Virus record (IMG/VR): IMGVR_UViG_3300026176_000228
Coordinates: 40,756-104,755 of that record
Length of the DNA stretch: 64,000 nt
Direction: 5' to 3' (one strand)
Origin: a virus
Lineage: Duplodnaviria; Caudoviricetes
The first letter of the stretch is position 1. Each line of letters begins with the position of its first letter. This document shows positions 9,418 to 18,881 of the stretch, in pieces. The notes below the pieces were generated by a model. It was not told the origin of the DNA and did not search any database. It saw only the letters and a list, made by a program, of their open reading frames with translations. Position numbers and translations under genes: made by a program.

Positions 9418-10047
9418 ATGGATTCTAATACATACAAGAAACTTTGGAAGGCTAAGCGCATCGCTGAAGGTCTATGTTATCGCTGCGGTAAACCTCGCAC
9501 TGACGACCGTAAAATTTGCGCTGCTTGTAACAAGAAGTCTAACCGCAGGGCTGCTGCTTGGCGAGAACGGGTTTTGATTGAACGTCGCTGTACTAGTTGT
9601 GGTGAACCATTAGCAGAGAATGAAACTCGACTCACTTGTTCGACCTGTGCCGCTAAAAACTCTAAGGCTACCCGTGAAAAGCAGAAACAAGCAATCGCTA
9701 ATGGCCTGTGTGAAGCATGTCAGAAAAACCCTATTGGCTCTCGCTCTTCTGTTTGTTGTGATGCGTGTTATGAAAAACGCTTGGTATCACATCGTAAGAT
9801 TCATAGTAGAATCAACTTTGGCGGTTTACGTGAAGCCGCCCTAGAGCGAGATAACCATGTCTGCCGCGCTTGTGGGTCAAGCACTAAACTTGAAGTTCAT
9901 CACCTAGATGGCAATCGTCAGCATAACGAGTTATCTAATTTCATAACCCTTTGTCATAATTGCCATGTGCTTTTGACCCGTATGATCGAAGCGCCTAATC
10001 TTCCGTTTCTGTATGAACTTGTAAAGGTGCAAATGCGAATTGTTTAG
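9418..10047 (+). CDS. HNH homing endonuclease, antisense to its intron
   Basis: Multiple CxxC repeats then LERDNHVCRACG...EVHHLDGNRQHNELSNFITLCHNCH. Confidence 0.85.
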   Translation: MDSNTYKKLWKAKRIAEGLCYRCGKPRTDDRKICAACNKKSNRRAAAWRERVLIERRCTSCGEPLAENETRLTCSTCAAKNSKATREKQKQAIANGLCEACQKNPIGSRSSVCCDACYEKRLVSHRKIHSRINFGGLREAALERDNHVCRACGSSTKLEVHHLDGNRQHNELSNFITLCHNCHVLLTRMIEAPNLPFLYELVKVQMRIV

Positions 10048-10125
10048 CTCGGTATTGGCATCTCAGCTTCCACCGAATTAGGCCAATTTTCACCGTCACA
10101 TTGCTATGGCGGGGGACAAAAGTTT

Positions 10126-10401
10126 ATCCGGAACTAATTTTGAGATTGCCCACGTTGGGGTGTAGTAACTGGCTGTCGTTAGATCGTAATCTGCCTCAGC
10201 CGACCGCGCACCCGGTGCCCGCTTTTGCACGTCAATGCGTTGCCAAGCCTGCCGGGGAAATTCCCAGATGTAGTCCGTCTGCTTCTGGACTGGCACGCGC
10301 GGAAAGATTTGATCGCCAATGTAAAGTTGATTCTTGTACGCCAGGCTGAGCGAGGTCAGCGCGGCGTCAAGATGGACATCTCGCACAGAGGGTAGAGCCA
10401 T
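10126..10401 (-). CDS. Major capsid protein, exon 1
   Basis: 92 codons, DAALTSLSLAYKN...IFPRVPVQKQ...RAPGA; AGGAG RBS. Confidence 0.8.
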
Positions 10402-10416
10402 CGTATTATACTCCTA

Positions 10417-10821
10417 TCAATCCGCCCACTTCTGGGGGCCGGTGAGAAAGATCGTCGCGTTCATGCCACAACCACTCGCGATGGATTCCTGCGCGATGCC
10501 CAAGCGGGTCGCGGACGCCGCAGGATTGAGCGCGCCACAAGCGCGGCCATCCGAAGCGGTCTTGACCCACTGACCGAATACCAGCGGCGAGGCTGCGGAT
10601 TCGCAGTTGACTTCCACCTTGGTGAAGCCGAACACGCGCACGGTCGCCATTTCCCCAGCCTTGGGATCATTCTGCAAGACACCTAGTGGTGAACCTGCGA
10701 CGACATTGGATAGCGAGACTTCGCCAGCTACCGAACCAGCCTTGACGAAGTGGTACTGCGAAGCGGAGAGATCAATGGCCGCGATGTAGGTGTGATCAAT
10801 GCCCCAATATTGGACTGCCAT
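10417..10821 (-). CDS. Capsid cement/decoration protein
   Basis: DLSASQYHFVK, LGVLQNDP.AGE, G.TKV, DGRA motifs; directly upstream of MCP. Confidence 0.7.
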   Translation of the reverse strand: MAVQYWGIDHTYIAAIDLSASQYHFVKAGSVAGEVSLSNVVAGSPLGVLQNDPKAGEMATVRVFGFTKVEVNCESAASPLVFGQWVKTASDGRACGALNPAASATRLGIAQESIASGCGMNATIFLTGPQKWAD

Positions 10822-11706
10822 TTAGCCCTCCTGCGCGGACTTGGCCCGCGAGCGCACGCTGCGTAGGTAGGCTTCGGCGTCTTTCTTGGACAGCTTGAGA
10901 ATTTCAGCCTTGGGGTCATCCGACTTGGCAATGACCGCGAGGGCATCCGGCTGTTCCGGCGTAAAGGCCGTGCCTTTTTCAATGAAGAGTTCCGCGTCAG
11001 CGGCCATGGCATCCACGGACTTCAGTAGATCAGTCCAGAATGACAGGCGCTTGGCATCCCACTTCGCCAGGGCGTGCAGTTGTTCACCGAGTTCGACAGG
11101 AGCGACAGGAATGGCCGCGAAGCTATTCGCCTTGGCGATATAAGTCTCGCGATCACGCTCTTCGCGCGCCTTTTCGACCTCGGCAACCAGGGCTGCATTC
11201 GCTTTTTCAAGTTCCGTGAGACGGCTTTCGAGGGCCGCTTTCTCGACGGTGTCTTCCATGGTTGCCTCCGGGTTTGAGGTTTGAGGCTCACTGGCCTCGG
11301 ATTCGGGTTTAGGTGTGGTCATGGATTCTAGTTCTGAAACTTTTTCGAGTTGCTTGGCCTCGACTACCGTCTCGGCAGGTATAACTTCAGAAGCAGCTTC
11401 AGGTTCTGGCTCAGGTTCTGGTTCAAGTGTAACTTCAGCTACAGGTTCGACTTCAGTTTCAGCTTTGACTAGTTCGGCCATCTCTGTATCTACGGTTTTC
11501 TGGAAGAGTTTGAGGAAACGCGTCCAGAGATTAGTTTCAGGAGTGGCCGCAGCCGTAATATCGCCCGCTACAGTAGCTACATCATTAGTATCAGACTTGA
11601 GCAAGAAGAATTCCTCGCGATTCGCCCCTTGAGTGACCAGCCCAAGAGTCTCGACTTGGACATCGCTGAGTTCAGTGATGATGGTGTTGTGGTCGTTATC
11701 AGGCAT
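10822..11706 (-). CDS. Head scaffold-like protein
   Basis: N-terminal LGLVTQGAN..FFLLKS, acidic EP-rich linker, coiled coil; upstream of cement and MCP. Confidence 0.6.
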   Translation of the reverse strand: MPDNDHNTIITELSDVQVETLGLVTQGANREEFFLLKSDTNDVATVAGDITAAATPETNLWTRFLKLFQKTVDTEMAELVKAETEVEPVAEVTLEPEPEPEPEAASEVIPAETVVEAKQLEKVSELESMTTPKPESEASEPQTSNPEATMEDTVEKAALESRLTELEKANAALVAEVEKAREERDRETYIAKANSFAAIPVAPVELGEQLHALAKWDAKRLSFWTDLLKSVDAMAADAELFIEKGTAFTPEQPDALAVIAKSDDPKAEILKLSKKDAEAYLRSVRSRAKSAQEG

Positions 11707-11762
11707 TTAGCCTACCTCCCGACGCGTATGAACGCGTTCTCTGGGCGCTCCAACCCGCGGAA

Positions 11763-11993
11763 TTAACCAAGTAACAGGCGGGAGAGCACACTGGGGCGCT
11801 TTTCCCCGTAGGTGCGGATGGTCGGTTGCTGCATTTCAACATAGAGTTGGACCAGCTTGGCAATAGTGGAGAGTCCGACGACTAGAAGTGGAACCCAAGG
11901 TTCTTGCACCCAGCTTTCCAACCAACCCGACAAGGCACCTGTCAGCAAAGTAATGAGCGCAGCCCATGCCGCGCCCGGAAGCTGTACCCGCAT
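11763..11993 (-). CDS. Holin-like membrane protein
   Basis: 76 aa, two hydrophobic helices, basic C-terminus. Confidence 0.5.
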   Translation of the reverse strand: MRVQLPGAAWAALITLLTGALSGWLESWVQEPWVPLLVVGLSTIAKLVQLYVEMQQPTIRTYGEKRPSVLSRLLLG

Positions 11994-12022
11994 ATGTAGA
12001 CCCTTTCTGTATGATGTGCGCT

Positions 12023-12067
12023 AATAAAAAAATCAGGCGGGAAACTACAAGAGGTTCCCGCCTGATT
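12023..12067 (-). terminator. Intrinsic terminator upstream of holin/head operon
   Basis: AATCAGGCGGGAA/TTCCCGCCTGATT stem followed by T-run on the minus strand. Confidence 0.65.
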
Positions 12068-12180
12068 CCACTACATGTTTGACTGGAAGTGACTGCTCCC
12101 TTGGGTTTACCCAAGAGCTTCTATGGATTTTCACCAATTCTCACCAGCCCGTGAGAAATAGAGCGCATCAACCATAAACA

Positions 12181-12209
12181 AGCATAGCATATGGTGCATG
12201 CTTTGTCAA
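12181..12209 (-). promoter_or_regulatory. Sigma70-type promoter
   Basis: TTGACA-N17-TATGCT. Confidence 0.55.
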
Positions 12210-12325
12210 GATGCTGTTTCAAGTTATTTTTAAATAATTTACAACGTTAGTACAACGTTAGATCGAAGTAAAACAATTTAGTGGTTATTAAAATATAGTC
12301 TAGGGTTTGTGACACTCCGCATGGG

Positions 12326-13468
12326 CTAAAGCCCAACGGCTTCTTGGGGCACGCACGCCGCAACCGGCCACGTTACGCCCCAGGCTCGCTGTCCGCGGGC
12401 CAGCAGATTACGTGCAGCGTTCTCATCTCGATCCATAGATAAGCCACACGCGCACCGCACCCAGCGATCTGCTAACGTTAGGTGCTCAAATATAGAACCG
12501 CATTGTGAGCAGGTTTTAGATGAATAAGCGGGATTGACTGCCACAATTAACTTCCCGGCCCATGCTGCCTTGAAAACTAATTGACTACGGAAGTAACCCC
12601 ACGAAGCATCTAGAATGCTCTTTGATAAATGATGGTTCTTTACCATATTGGTGATTTGTAAATCTTCAATCGCAATACGGTCATAATGTGATACTAAATT
12701 ATGGACTGTTTTTTTGATGAAATCAGTACGTCGATTAGCGATACGCCGATGGTGTAACTGCACCGCGCGCTTGGCCCTACCCCGACCTCGACTACCATTC
12801 TTGCGACGCGACATACGCCGCTGTAAGACGCGAAATTTAGCTTGCTCAGTACGATACCATTTCGGGTTTTCGATATGTTCACCGTTTGATATGGTGAGTA
12901 ATGAGCTAATACCCACATCAATTCCAGCTTCTTGACCAGTTAGCCCAAGTGGTTGTGGGTCTATCTCACAAGCAAAGCAAACATACCATTTATTCGCTTG
13001 TCTACGGATGCGTATGGTTTTGATTCTACCCTCTATGGGACGATGCCAGCGAACCGCGACGCGTCCAATACCCGATAGTTTCAAACGCCGACCGTCAATC
13101 TTGAAACCGTTGTTTAGTTCTTTAAAACCAAAAGAATCATAACGGCCACGTTCACGAAAGCGTGGATAACCCGGTGTCTCGCCTGCCTTAACCCGGCGAA
13201 AAAACGCCTGAAACGCTTTATCCAAATCAGTCGTGACGACTTGCAAGACATGACTGTGAATCTGTCCAGCGAAGGAGTTTGCCCTGCGGTAGTTCTTAAC
13301 GTTTGCTAATTGCTCAAACTTGCCAACACTGCGTTTTTCTCCTTCCCACGCATCTCTGCGTTCCGCAAGACAAGTATTGTACCAGTGACGACAAGTTTCA
13401 AGCGTTTGATTTAGTAGACGCGCTTGATTCTTGCTTGGATACAAACGGTATTTGTAGGTAATCAGCAT
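12326..13468 (-). CDS. tnpB: RNA-guided endonuclease TnpB
   Basis: YKYRLYP HTH; RuvC GIDVG, IEDL, DRDENAARN; zinc ribbon CSQC..CAC. Confidence 0.92.
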   Translation of the reverse strand: MLITYKYRLYPSKNQARLLNQTLETCRHWYNTCLAERRDAWEGEKRSVGKFEQLANVKNYRRANSFAGQIHSHVLQVVTTDLDKAFQAFFRRVKAGETPGYPRFRERGRYDSFGFKELNNGFKIDGRRLKLSGIGRVAVRWHRPIEGRIKTIRIRRQANKWYVCFACEIDPQPLGLTGQEAGIDVGISSLLTISNGEHIENPKWYRTEQAKFRVLQRRMSRRKNGSRGRGRAKRAVQLHHRRIANRRTDFIKKTVHNLVSHYDRIAIEDLQITNMVKNHHLSKSILDASWGYFRSQLVFKAAWAGKLIVAVNPAYSSKTCSQCGSIFEHLTLADRWVRCACGLSMDRDENAARNLLARGQRAWGVTWPVAACVPQEAVGL

Positions 13469-13589
13469 CAGCTAGAACTCTCAATGCTAAACGAATTGCA
13501 GATGAATCAGTATCTACGCCATAGCGTTCGCGAATCCGTCGAATGGCCTCGCGATCAGTATCACCTAAATGAATTGTAGTGCGTTTCAT
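13398..13589 (-). CDS. Ribbon-helix-helix (CopG-like) protein, probably leaderless
   Basis: MKRTTIHL...SSAIRLAL; TTGACA-N17-TATACT (13624-13596) ends 6 nt before the ATG. Confidence 0.6.
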   Translation of the reverse strand: MKRTTIHLGDTDREAIRRIRERYGVDTDSSAIRLALRVLADADYLQIPFVSKQESSASTKSNA

Positions 13590-13797
13590 ACTTGGAGTAT
13601 ATCATTACGATACACATCTGTCAAATTCGATTGAGAGCAAGTCATCTGCGATAAATCTGCGATAAAGTTGGCAAAGAAAAACAGCCGATGCGAGGGTACA
13701 TCGACTGTTCTCCTACTACCTTCCACCATCATCCCCAACAGAGGTCTGTTTGACTGAACTCAACCAACCTTAGGATAACACAGGTGTCATAGGTTTG

Positions 13798-14382
13798 TCA
13801 AGGGGTTGGCACACCCCAATGCGCGATAAGCTTGCGTAGACTCAACGCAATATCTTCGGTAGCCGCGACTTCGCGTTGCCAGAGGTCTAGAGTGTCTACA
13901 TCAGGAATGTCAGGGTCGCCGTCGTCATCGGGTGGACTGTCAAGTAGACGCTCCTGGAAAGTCGCGCGGTAGGAGACATGCCGGTTCCAGGGTAGACCTA
14001 GCCCACCTACGATATCGGAGATGATGGTATTGTTTTCGCGAATACAGAGCGCGAGGGGGCCGAGGTTAGGCGGCGCGTAGCTGTTCGTAATCATGTGCTG
14101 GTTATTGGGATTGCCAGGTAACGCGAAGTTAGCCAGGTCGGGATAAGGCCACGCGAGCGAGACAGGCTGCGCGATTTGAATGCCTTCCGCGGTGAGGACG
14201 GCGCAAGTCGCGACCGTATTGCCTTGCGCGGAGGGTTCATCAATCAGTTCCACGCGAATGAGTTCATAGCGCGCGGTAGGTTGTAAGACAACTTGCAGTT
14301 CGACGCCCGTGATTTGCCCTTGCGCGTTTTGGGTGAGAGCGCGACAGTTAGGGGCGCGTGGGTCGGTATAAGCTAGAGACAT
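13798..14382 (-). CDS. Hypothetical protein (lysis-module neighbour)
   Basis: AAGGAG RBS; GLGLPWNRHVSY motif. Confidence 0.6.
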   Translation of the reverse strand: MSLAYTDPRAPNCRALTQNAQGQITGVELQVVLQPTARYELIRVELIDEPSAQGNTVATCAVLTAEGIQIAQPVSLAWPYPDLANFALPGNPNNQHMITNSYAPPNLGPLALCIRENNTIISDIVGGLGLPWNRHVSYRATFQERLLDSPPDDDGDPDIPDVDTLDLWQREVAATEDIALSLRKLIAHWGVPTP

Positions 14383-14411
14383 TGAGGCTCCTTCTATTAT
14401 ATATTAATTAA

Positions 14412-14741
14412 TTAAGCTTGTAAGGGCTTAGTGATACTTAAATAAGCATTACTACACCAACCGGTTAGATAGGGTGGAACTTGAGTTTGCACCCAGTACC
14501 AGTTGTTAGCTATAGACCAGACATCTACCTTGGTATGCAGGGCTAGTTTATCGATGATGGGAGCCGTGAGCGCAGGTTGCAAGCGGAGATTGAGCGTAGT
14601 CGCGGTGACAGTAGCTTGACCAAGACAACAGACAGACTGATTATTAATTGGAAGCTGGCTTACCAAAAACTTTTTCGGATTGTCTAAACGGCTGCTACGC
14701 ACCGTTTGTATCTCGCGTTTCAGTCTCTGCCGCACGGACAT
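14412..14741 (-). CDS. Bacterial SH3-domain protein
   Basis: ATTLNLRLQP...WYWV...GWCSNAYL. Confidence 0.6.
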   Translation of the reverse strand: MSVRQRLKREIQTVRSSRLDNPKKFLVSQLPINNQSVCCLGQATVTATTLNLRLQPALTAPIIDKLALHTKVDVWSIANNWYWVQTQVPPYLTGWCSNAYLSITKPLQA

Positions 14742-14752
14742 GTCTAATGGCC

Positions 14753-15664
14753 TCAGGTACAGGGCTTGCTGGTCATGACGCGATTAGGTAAAGGTACTTG
14801 AGTGGGTAGTAGAGTTTGCAGTTCCTGCCATAAGGCATTGGGAATGGGTAGCGCGGACCAGGCTTGATTCTGCGCGACTTCGTTACTGTTGGACATGCCG
14901 ACAATGACTTGCGTGACTGCGGGATGCGCGAGGCAGAATTGTAACGCGACCGCACCGAGAGGCACTTGATAACGCGTACAGAGTTCTTGCAGGGTTTGCA
15001 CGCGGGCCGTGATAGATTCGGGTGTGCCATCGTATTCGTAGAAGCCCGCGATGGGGTCGGCTAAAATGCCGCCCGCGTAGATGGTGCCAAGTTGGACTTG
15101 GATATGACTTTTGCAGCAGTAGTCGAGTAAGGGTAAGGCGGCTTGACTGAGTAGATTATAGTCTGCCGCGATTAGGATACAATCGGGTTGATAGGTTTTG
15201 ACCAGCTTGGTCAGGGTCTGCCAGTGGTGGTACTGGCCGAAGCCGATGCGCTGGACTAAACCTTGCGCCTTGAGGTCTTGTAAGACTGGATAGAGGTCAG
15301 GTACGGCAGTGCGGTAGTCGTAAGGGTCGTGCAGCAGTAATTGGTCAGCATGGGTAAGTTGCAGCCGTGCAAGACTCGCGCGCAGGCCGGTGCATAAGCC
15401 TTCGGGTGTCAGTGCGGGTCGCACGCCCTGATATAAGGAAAGGACTTTAGTTTGCAGCGTGAAGGACTGGCGTGGCAGAGTGGACAGGACTTGACCTAAG
15501 CGGATTTCCGACAGACCATCGCCATACTTGGGCGCGGTATCGAAGAAGGTAATGCCCGCTTCATGCGCGCGCCGAATCGCGGCGGCGGCCACTTCATCGG
15601 ATTGACTATGGGACGCGAAACAGTCCATACCAAGAGGCGCGGCACCGAAGGCGAGTTGCGTCAT
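14753..15664 (-). CDS. Aldo/keto reductase
   Basis: GITFFDTAPKYGDGLSE, TK, LLHDP, ALQFCLAHPAV..VIVG. Confidence 0.85.
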   Translation of the reverse strand: MTQLAFGAAPLGMDCFASHSQSDEVAAAAIRRAHEAGITFFDTAPKYGDGLSEIRLGQVLSTLPRQSFTLQTKVLSLYQGVRPALTPEGLCTGLRASLARLQLTHADQLLLHDPYDYRTAVPDLYPVLQDLKAQGLVQRIGFGQYHHWQTLTKLVKTYQPDCILIAADYNLLSQAALPLLDYCCKSHIQVQLGTIYAGGILADPIAGFYEYDGTPESITARVQTLQELCTRYQVPLGAVALQFCLAHPAVTQVIVGMSNSNEVAQNQAWSALPIPNALWQELQTLLPTQVPLPNRVMTSKPCT

Positions 15665-16467
15665 TGGGCTACCTGTTTAACTTTGCGGATGCCTTTGCCA
15701 CGGATGCTGTAAGCTTTGAGCAGACCGGATTTCACGCGCGGCCAGAGCGTCGGGCCGAATTTAGTCGCGACCACCCAGGAGCCTTTAGTGACGAACTTAG
15801 TAGAGCCATCGGGCAAGGGCCAGTTGATATCAATCGGCGCGATGAAGGATTCTACGATATGAGCTTCGGATTTCGCGACATCTAGGATTTGATGCTGGAT
15901 ATCATAGTTTTGCGAATTAGACATCCAAGCATGGGCCATTTTTTCGATTTCTGGAATTTCCATGCGGTCATTTTGTGAATCGACCCAATCCTCTGATGTC
16001 GCAGGATAAACTATTGCATAGCCTACTTGTTCCTCATCGGCGGACTTGGCAAACATAGTAGCCTGCACGGTGTTAGTTTGCGGCCAAGGATTAACGGCGC
16101 GTAGGTGCGGTAGCTCGGCGTCAATGATTTCATTGAAAGTACCTAGAGCTTCACCAATCGCATGGGATAGTAAAATGCGTTCGTCTTGACCATAGACGCC
16201 ATCACCGTACATCAGATCAGCCTGGACGGTAAACTCGCGATGCACGCTGGCGATCAGTCGGTCAATCACGTTGACGGCTTTTTCGACCTCAACTATAGGT
16301 TCAGATTTAGTGACCGGCTTAGTTTTGTCACCACCTAATTCACCAAGCATATCCTCTACAGTTTGGCGTAACAGACGCAGGAACTCAGCTTCAGTCATAG
16401 GCGCGGTTTTAGCAGGCTTAGATAGCGCGTTAGGTTGATGCACTTGCGAAACAGTTGGTGTCGGCAT
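15661..16467 (-). CDS. XkdF-like putative prohead serine protease
   Basis: DSQND, IEKMAHAWM, DIQH, IVESFIAP, GSWV, W..VKSG...YSI.G. Confidence 0.75.
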   Translation of the reverse strand: MPTPTVSQVHQPNALSKPAKTAPMTEAEFLRLLRQTVEDMLGELGGDKTKPVTKSEPIVEVEKAVNVIDRLIASVHREFTVQADLMYGDGVYGQDERILLSHAIGEALGTFNEIIDAELPHLRAVNPWPQTNTVQATMFAKSADEEQVGYAIVYPATSEDWVDSQNDRMEIPEIEKMAHAWMSNSQNYDIQHQILDVAKSEAHIVESFIAPIDINWPLPDGSTKFVTKGSWVVATKFGPTLWPRVKSGLLKAYSIRGKGIRKVKQVAQ

Positions 16468-16533
16468 AAGATTGCTCCGTACTATGATAATTATACAAGT
16501 ATCATAGCACAGAGTCGTAGGTCTGTCTATAAC

Positions 16534-16812
16534 CTATTCTTGTAATTCAAGCATTATAGGTGCCAAGTCAACATCAGCATCGCGCAACACCTGAAACAAG
16601 CCTGCTTCTAGACCCATAATCTGTTGTTCAGTCAAATCTAACTTTAGATGTCGATTCAAGGCTTCGATAATTTCATGCAATAAAGTTGACATCTGTTGTT
16701 GAGGCACAAGACGTTTATCGATTTTGATGCGTAAAGACGCGGATTGCATTTCACCCATACAATCCAAGAATGGATCGGTAATTAGTTTATAATCATAACC
16801 AAGTATGCGCAT
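16534..16812 (-). CDS. Small metallopeptidase-like phage protein
   Basis: TLLHEIIEA motif. Confidence 0.5.
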   Translation of the reverse strand: MRILGYDYKLITDPFLDCMGEMQSASLRIKIDKRLVPQQQMSTLLHEIIEALNRHLKLDLTEQQIMGLEAGLFQVLRDADVDLAPIMLELQE

Positions 16813-16980
16813 TTATTTGATATCGATCCTGATGTAATAGCTGTCACCAGATGGTACGCGATACGCGGTAATAGTATAGCTGGCGATATTAGTTTCCATC
16901 TTAGTCGTACGCTGCATCCGAATCTCATCTATGGCATAGGCAATCCACTCCGGTATGTTCATTTGCAACCTCGTTTCTGG

Positions 16981-17190
16981 TTACTTATGTCTTTCTTCAA
17001 GTTCCACCGCGCGTATCCCAATACAAGCCAGGACTTCCAGGGCGGTATCGCGCCCCATGCCGCGATAGCCTTGTTTGACCATCTTATCAGCCATGCGCGA
17101 GATAATGGCGCGGTCCTCTGGACTCAGGTTTTTGAAGGCAGCTTTCGCGGCAGGCACGACCTGCTTGCGTTGGGTATCATCTAGATTCAC
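16981..17190 (-). CDS. Hypothetical protein
   Basis: AGGAG RBS and GTG start. Confidence 0.55.
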   Translation of the reverse strand: MNLDDTQRKQVVPAAKAAFKNLSPEDRAIISRMADKMVKQGYRGMGRDTALEVLACIGIRAVELEERHK

Positions 17191-17233
17191 GGAGACTCCT
17201 AAGAATTTTCTAAGAATTATTCAATTTCTTTAG

Positions 17234-17650
17234 CTATCGTATTGCGTGTGTTTCAGCAAATTGAATCATACCACGGCTATGCTCATCCGACACAGAAGTT
17301 ACACCTTTTTCAACGAGCCAGGCTGGAATAGGTTTACTGCTCCACCAAACGGTCTGTGACAACAAATCAGATATCTCATTATCGTTACTGCGCCAGTAAG
17401 CCGCGCGAGTGCCATCTGGTAAATCAAAATTACTGACAACACCATAATCAATATCAAGGCCGTTCCAGCGTTCCAGTAACCACCCAAAACCATTATCAAT
17501 ATGCCCCTCGCGAGTCCATACCCACGCCTGATCCTTACTTGTTCCCGCTTCCCAAGTCGCAACCTTCTTCGTAGTACACAAGATGACTGAATGATATGGC
17601 ATTTTATGAATATCGGGTTGTGGTCCACGTTTAATTAAGTATAGATTCAC
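17234..17650 (-). CDS. Hypothetical Trp-rich protein
   Basis: AGGAG RBS and GTG at 17650; preceded by a palindrome copy at ~17664. Confidence 0.55.
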   Translation of the reverse strand: MNLYLIKRGPQPDIHKMPYHSVILCTTKKVATWEAGTSKDQAWVWTREGHIDNGFGWLLERWNGLDIDYGVVSNFDLPDGTRAAYWRSNDNEISDLLSQTVWWSSKPIPAWLVEKGVTSVSDEHSRGMIQFAETHAIR

Positions 17651-17836
17651 GGAGACTCCTAAAATTGGCATATGCTAAATCTATATTATTAGTATACCAG
17701 AAGGAGTCTGTCTACCACAAGCGCACAAGCAAGTTACGGGTATGAATCTAGTATGAATCTTGGTTTGAGGTTGCTTCTCTCCTGCCTCTGTGGTTCAGAG
17801 GTTAGTTTGGCGGTCATTTAGTGGGCTAAAGTCAGG

Positions 17837-18769
17837 TCAGTTACACAAATTTGGTGGTATAGCGGCTAAATAACCCCTGCTAACTGCTTTAGGAGCCATT
17901 AATTTGCGATAAGCTAACCAACTTGCGCTAATACTAGTGGTATCTATAGAAAATGTTTGCTTGTGGAGTATCTTACGAGCTTTGAGCTTACGTTCCGCGA
18001 TGATGCGGAAGAAGATTTGTTGGATGGTCTGCTGATAGCTGACATGTTCTTCGACAGTGGTAGGAATCAGGTTGATAGTTTCAGCCACAACTTGCAGATT
18101 GATATCCTCGATGACTTCATCAGTAATCGGTTGATCGTTCTCGTCAGTGATAAAAGCATCTTCGATATCTACCACCACGCCTTCAACCTTGGGCTTGCTG
18201 GGCTTGGCTCCCAAGTTACCGGAAAGCTTAGCCCCATGACCGTCACGGCGCTCGTAGGGTGTATCCATGATTGTCGCGATGTCATAGGTGATAATATCGT
18301 CTGTAGTAACCGTTTCTAATTGGGGCGTGCTAAGCGGTGCGGTGCTAACAAAGAAAACAATGGCTGTGTCATCGGTTTGAGGAATCCGCAGATAATCACT
18401 TTTACCCGCAATACCCTGGGCTTTGATAAAGGTTTTCCACTCAGCCAGGGGTACCCGCATACGATAGAGGGGTAACGCGCGCTTGTTGGCCGCAGCCATG
18501 ACCCGCATGAGTGTTTCGCGACCCTCTTGCAGACGTAGATTGTTACAAAACTCGCACTCACGGTCATGGCAGTAGAAGGGGCGCATGGCGTAGGAGCCAG
18601 TGGCATCATGATAGCAGGCATGTCGCACACCACAGTCGCGCATGCGTTGCTGGCGTTTTTCTTCGCTGTTGCTACCAGACATAGACTTGAAAGCTTCCGG
18701 GTCTTCATCGAGAATAAACTTATGGTCGGTAGCGATAGTTGTAGCTGGCTCTGGGTTCCAGTCAAACAT
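17837..18769 (-). CDS. Hypothetical protein with Cys cluster (possibly Rep-like)
   Basis: 310 aa; CG...FYCHDRECEFC; function not established. Confidence 0.5.
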   Translation of the reverse strand: MFDWNPEPATTIATDHKFILDEDPEAFKSMSGSNSEEKRQQRMRDCGVRHACYHDATGSYAMRPFYCHDRECEFCNNLRLQEGRETLMRVMAAANKRALPLYRMRVPLAEWKTFIKAQGIAGKSDYLRIPQTDDTAIVFFVSTAPLSTPQLETVTTDDIITYDIATIMDTPYERRDGHGAKLSGNLGAKPSKPKVEGVVVDIEDAFITDENDQPITDEVIEDINLQVVAETINLIPTTVEEHVSYQQTIQQIFFRIIAERKLKARKILHKQTFSIDTTSISASWLAYRKLMAPKAVSRGYLAAIPPNLCN

Positions 18770-18881
18770 AGATTATAACCTCATATGGATTGTTGTATGA
18801 CATTGGAAAGTTATCTCGTAGTATCATGTATTATACTCGCTGTTAGGGCTTCTCGTCAATAGCTTTCTTGTTCCAAAAAGG

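Larger units (their letters stand above)
9230..10125 (-). ncRNA. Group I self-splicing intron in the major capsid gene
   Basis: 5' exon ends in U with P1 GGAU/GUCC wobble; P/Q AAUUCGGUGGAAGC..GCCAAUACCGAGC; R GUGUAGAGAGCAUA; S GAUGAUGUGCUCC; P3 UUGGC/GCCAA; terminal G; P10 AACUU/GAAGUU. Confidence 0.88.
12309..13624 (-). mobile_element. Non-autonomous IS200/IS605-family (IS1341-like) element, no TnpA
   Basis: tnpB plus small upstream ORF; right end GAAGCCGTTGGGCTTTAGCCCATGCGGAGTGTCAC; left end approximate. Confidence 0.65.

Noticed and set aside
12070-12170. Known riboswitch (c-di-GMP, FMN) in the holin leader
   Set aside because: Only short words such as GGTGAAA and GGGTAAACCC resemble them, and I could not fit a full consensus
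13786-13801. Possible TnpB self-target (TTGAC-AAACCTATGAC versus guide AAACCCTAGAC)
   Set aside because: Only the first five guide bases match contiguously, so it is probably chance
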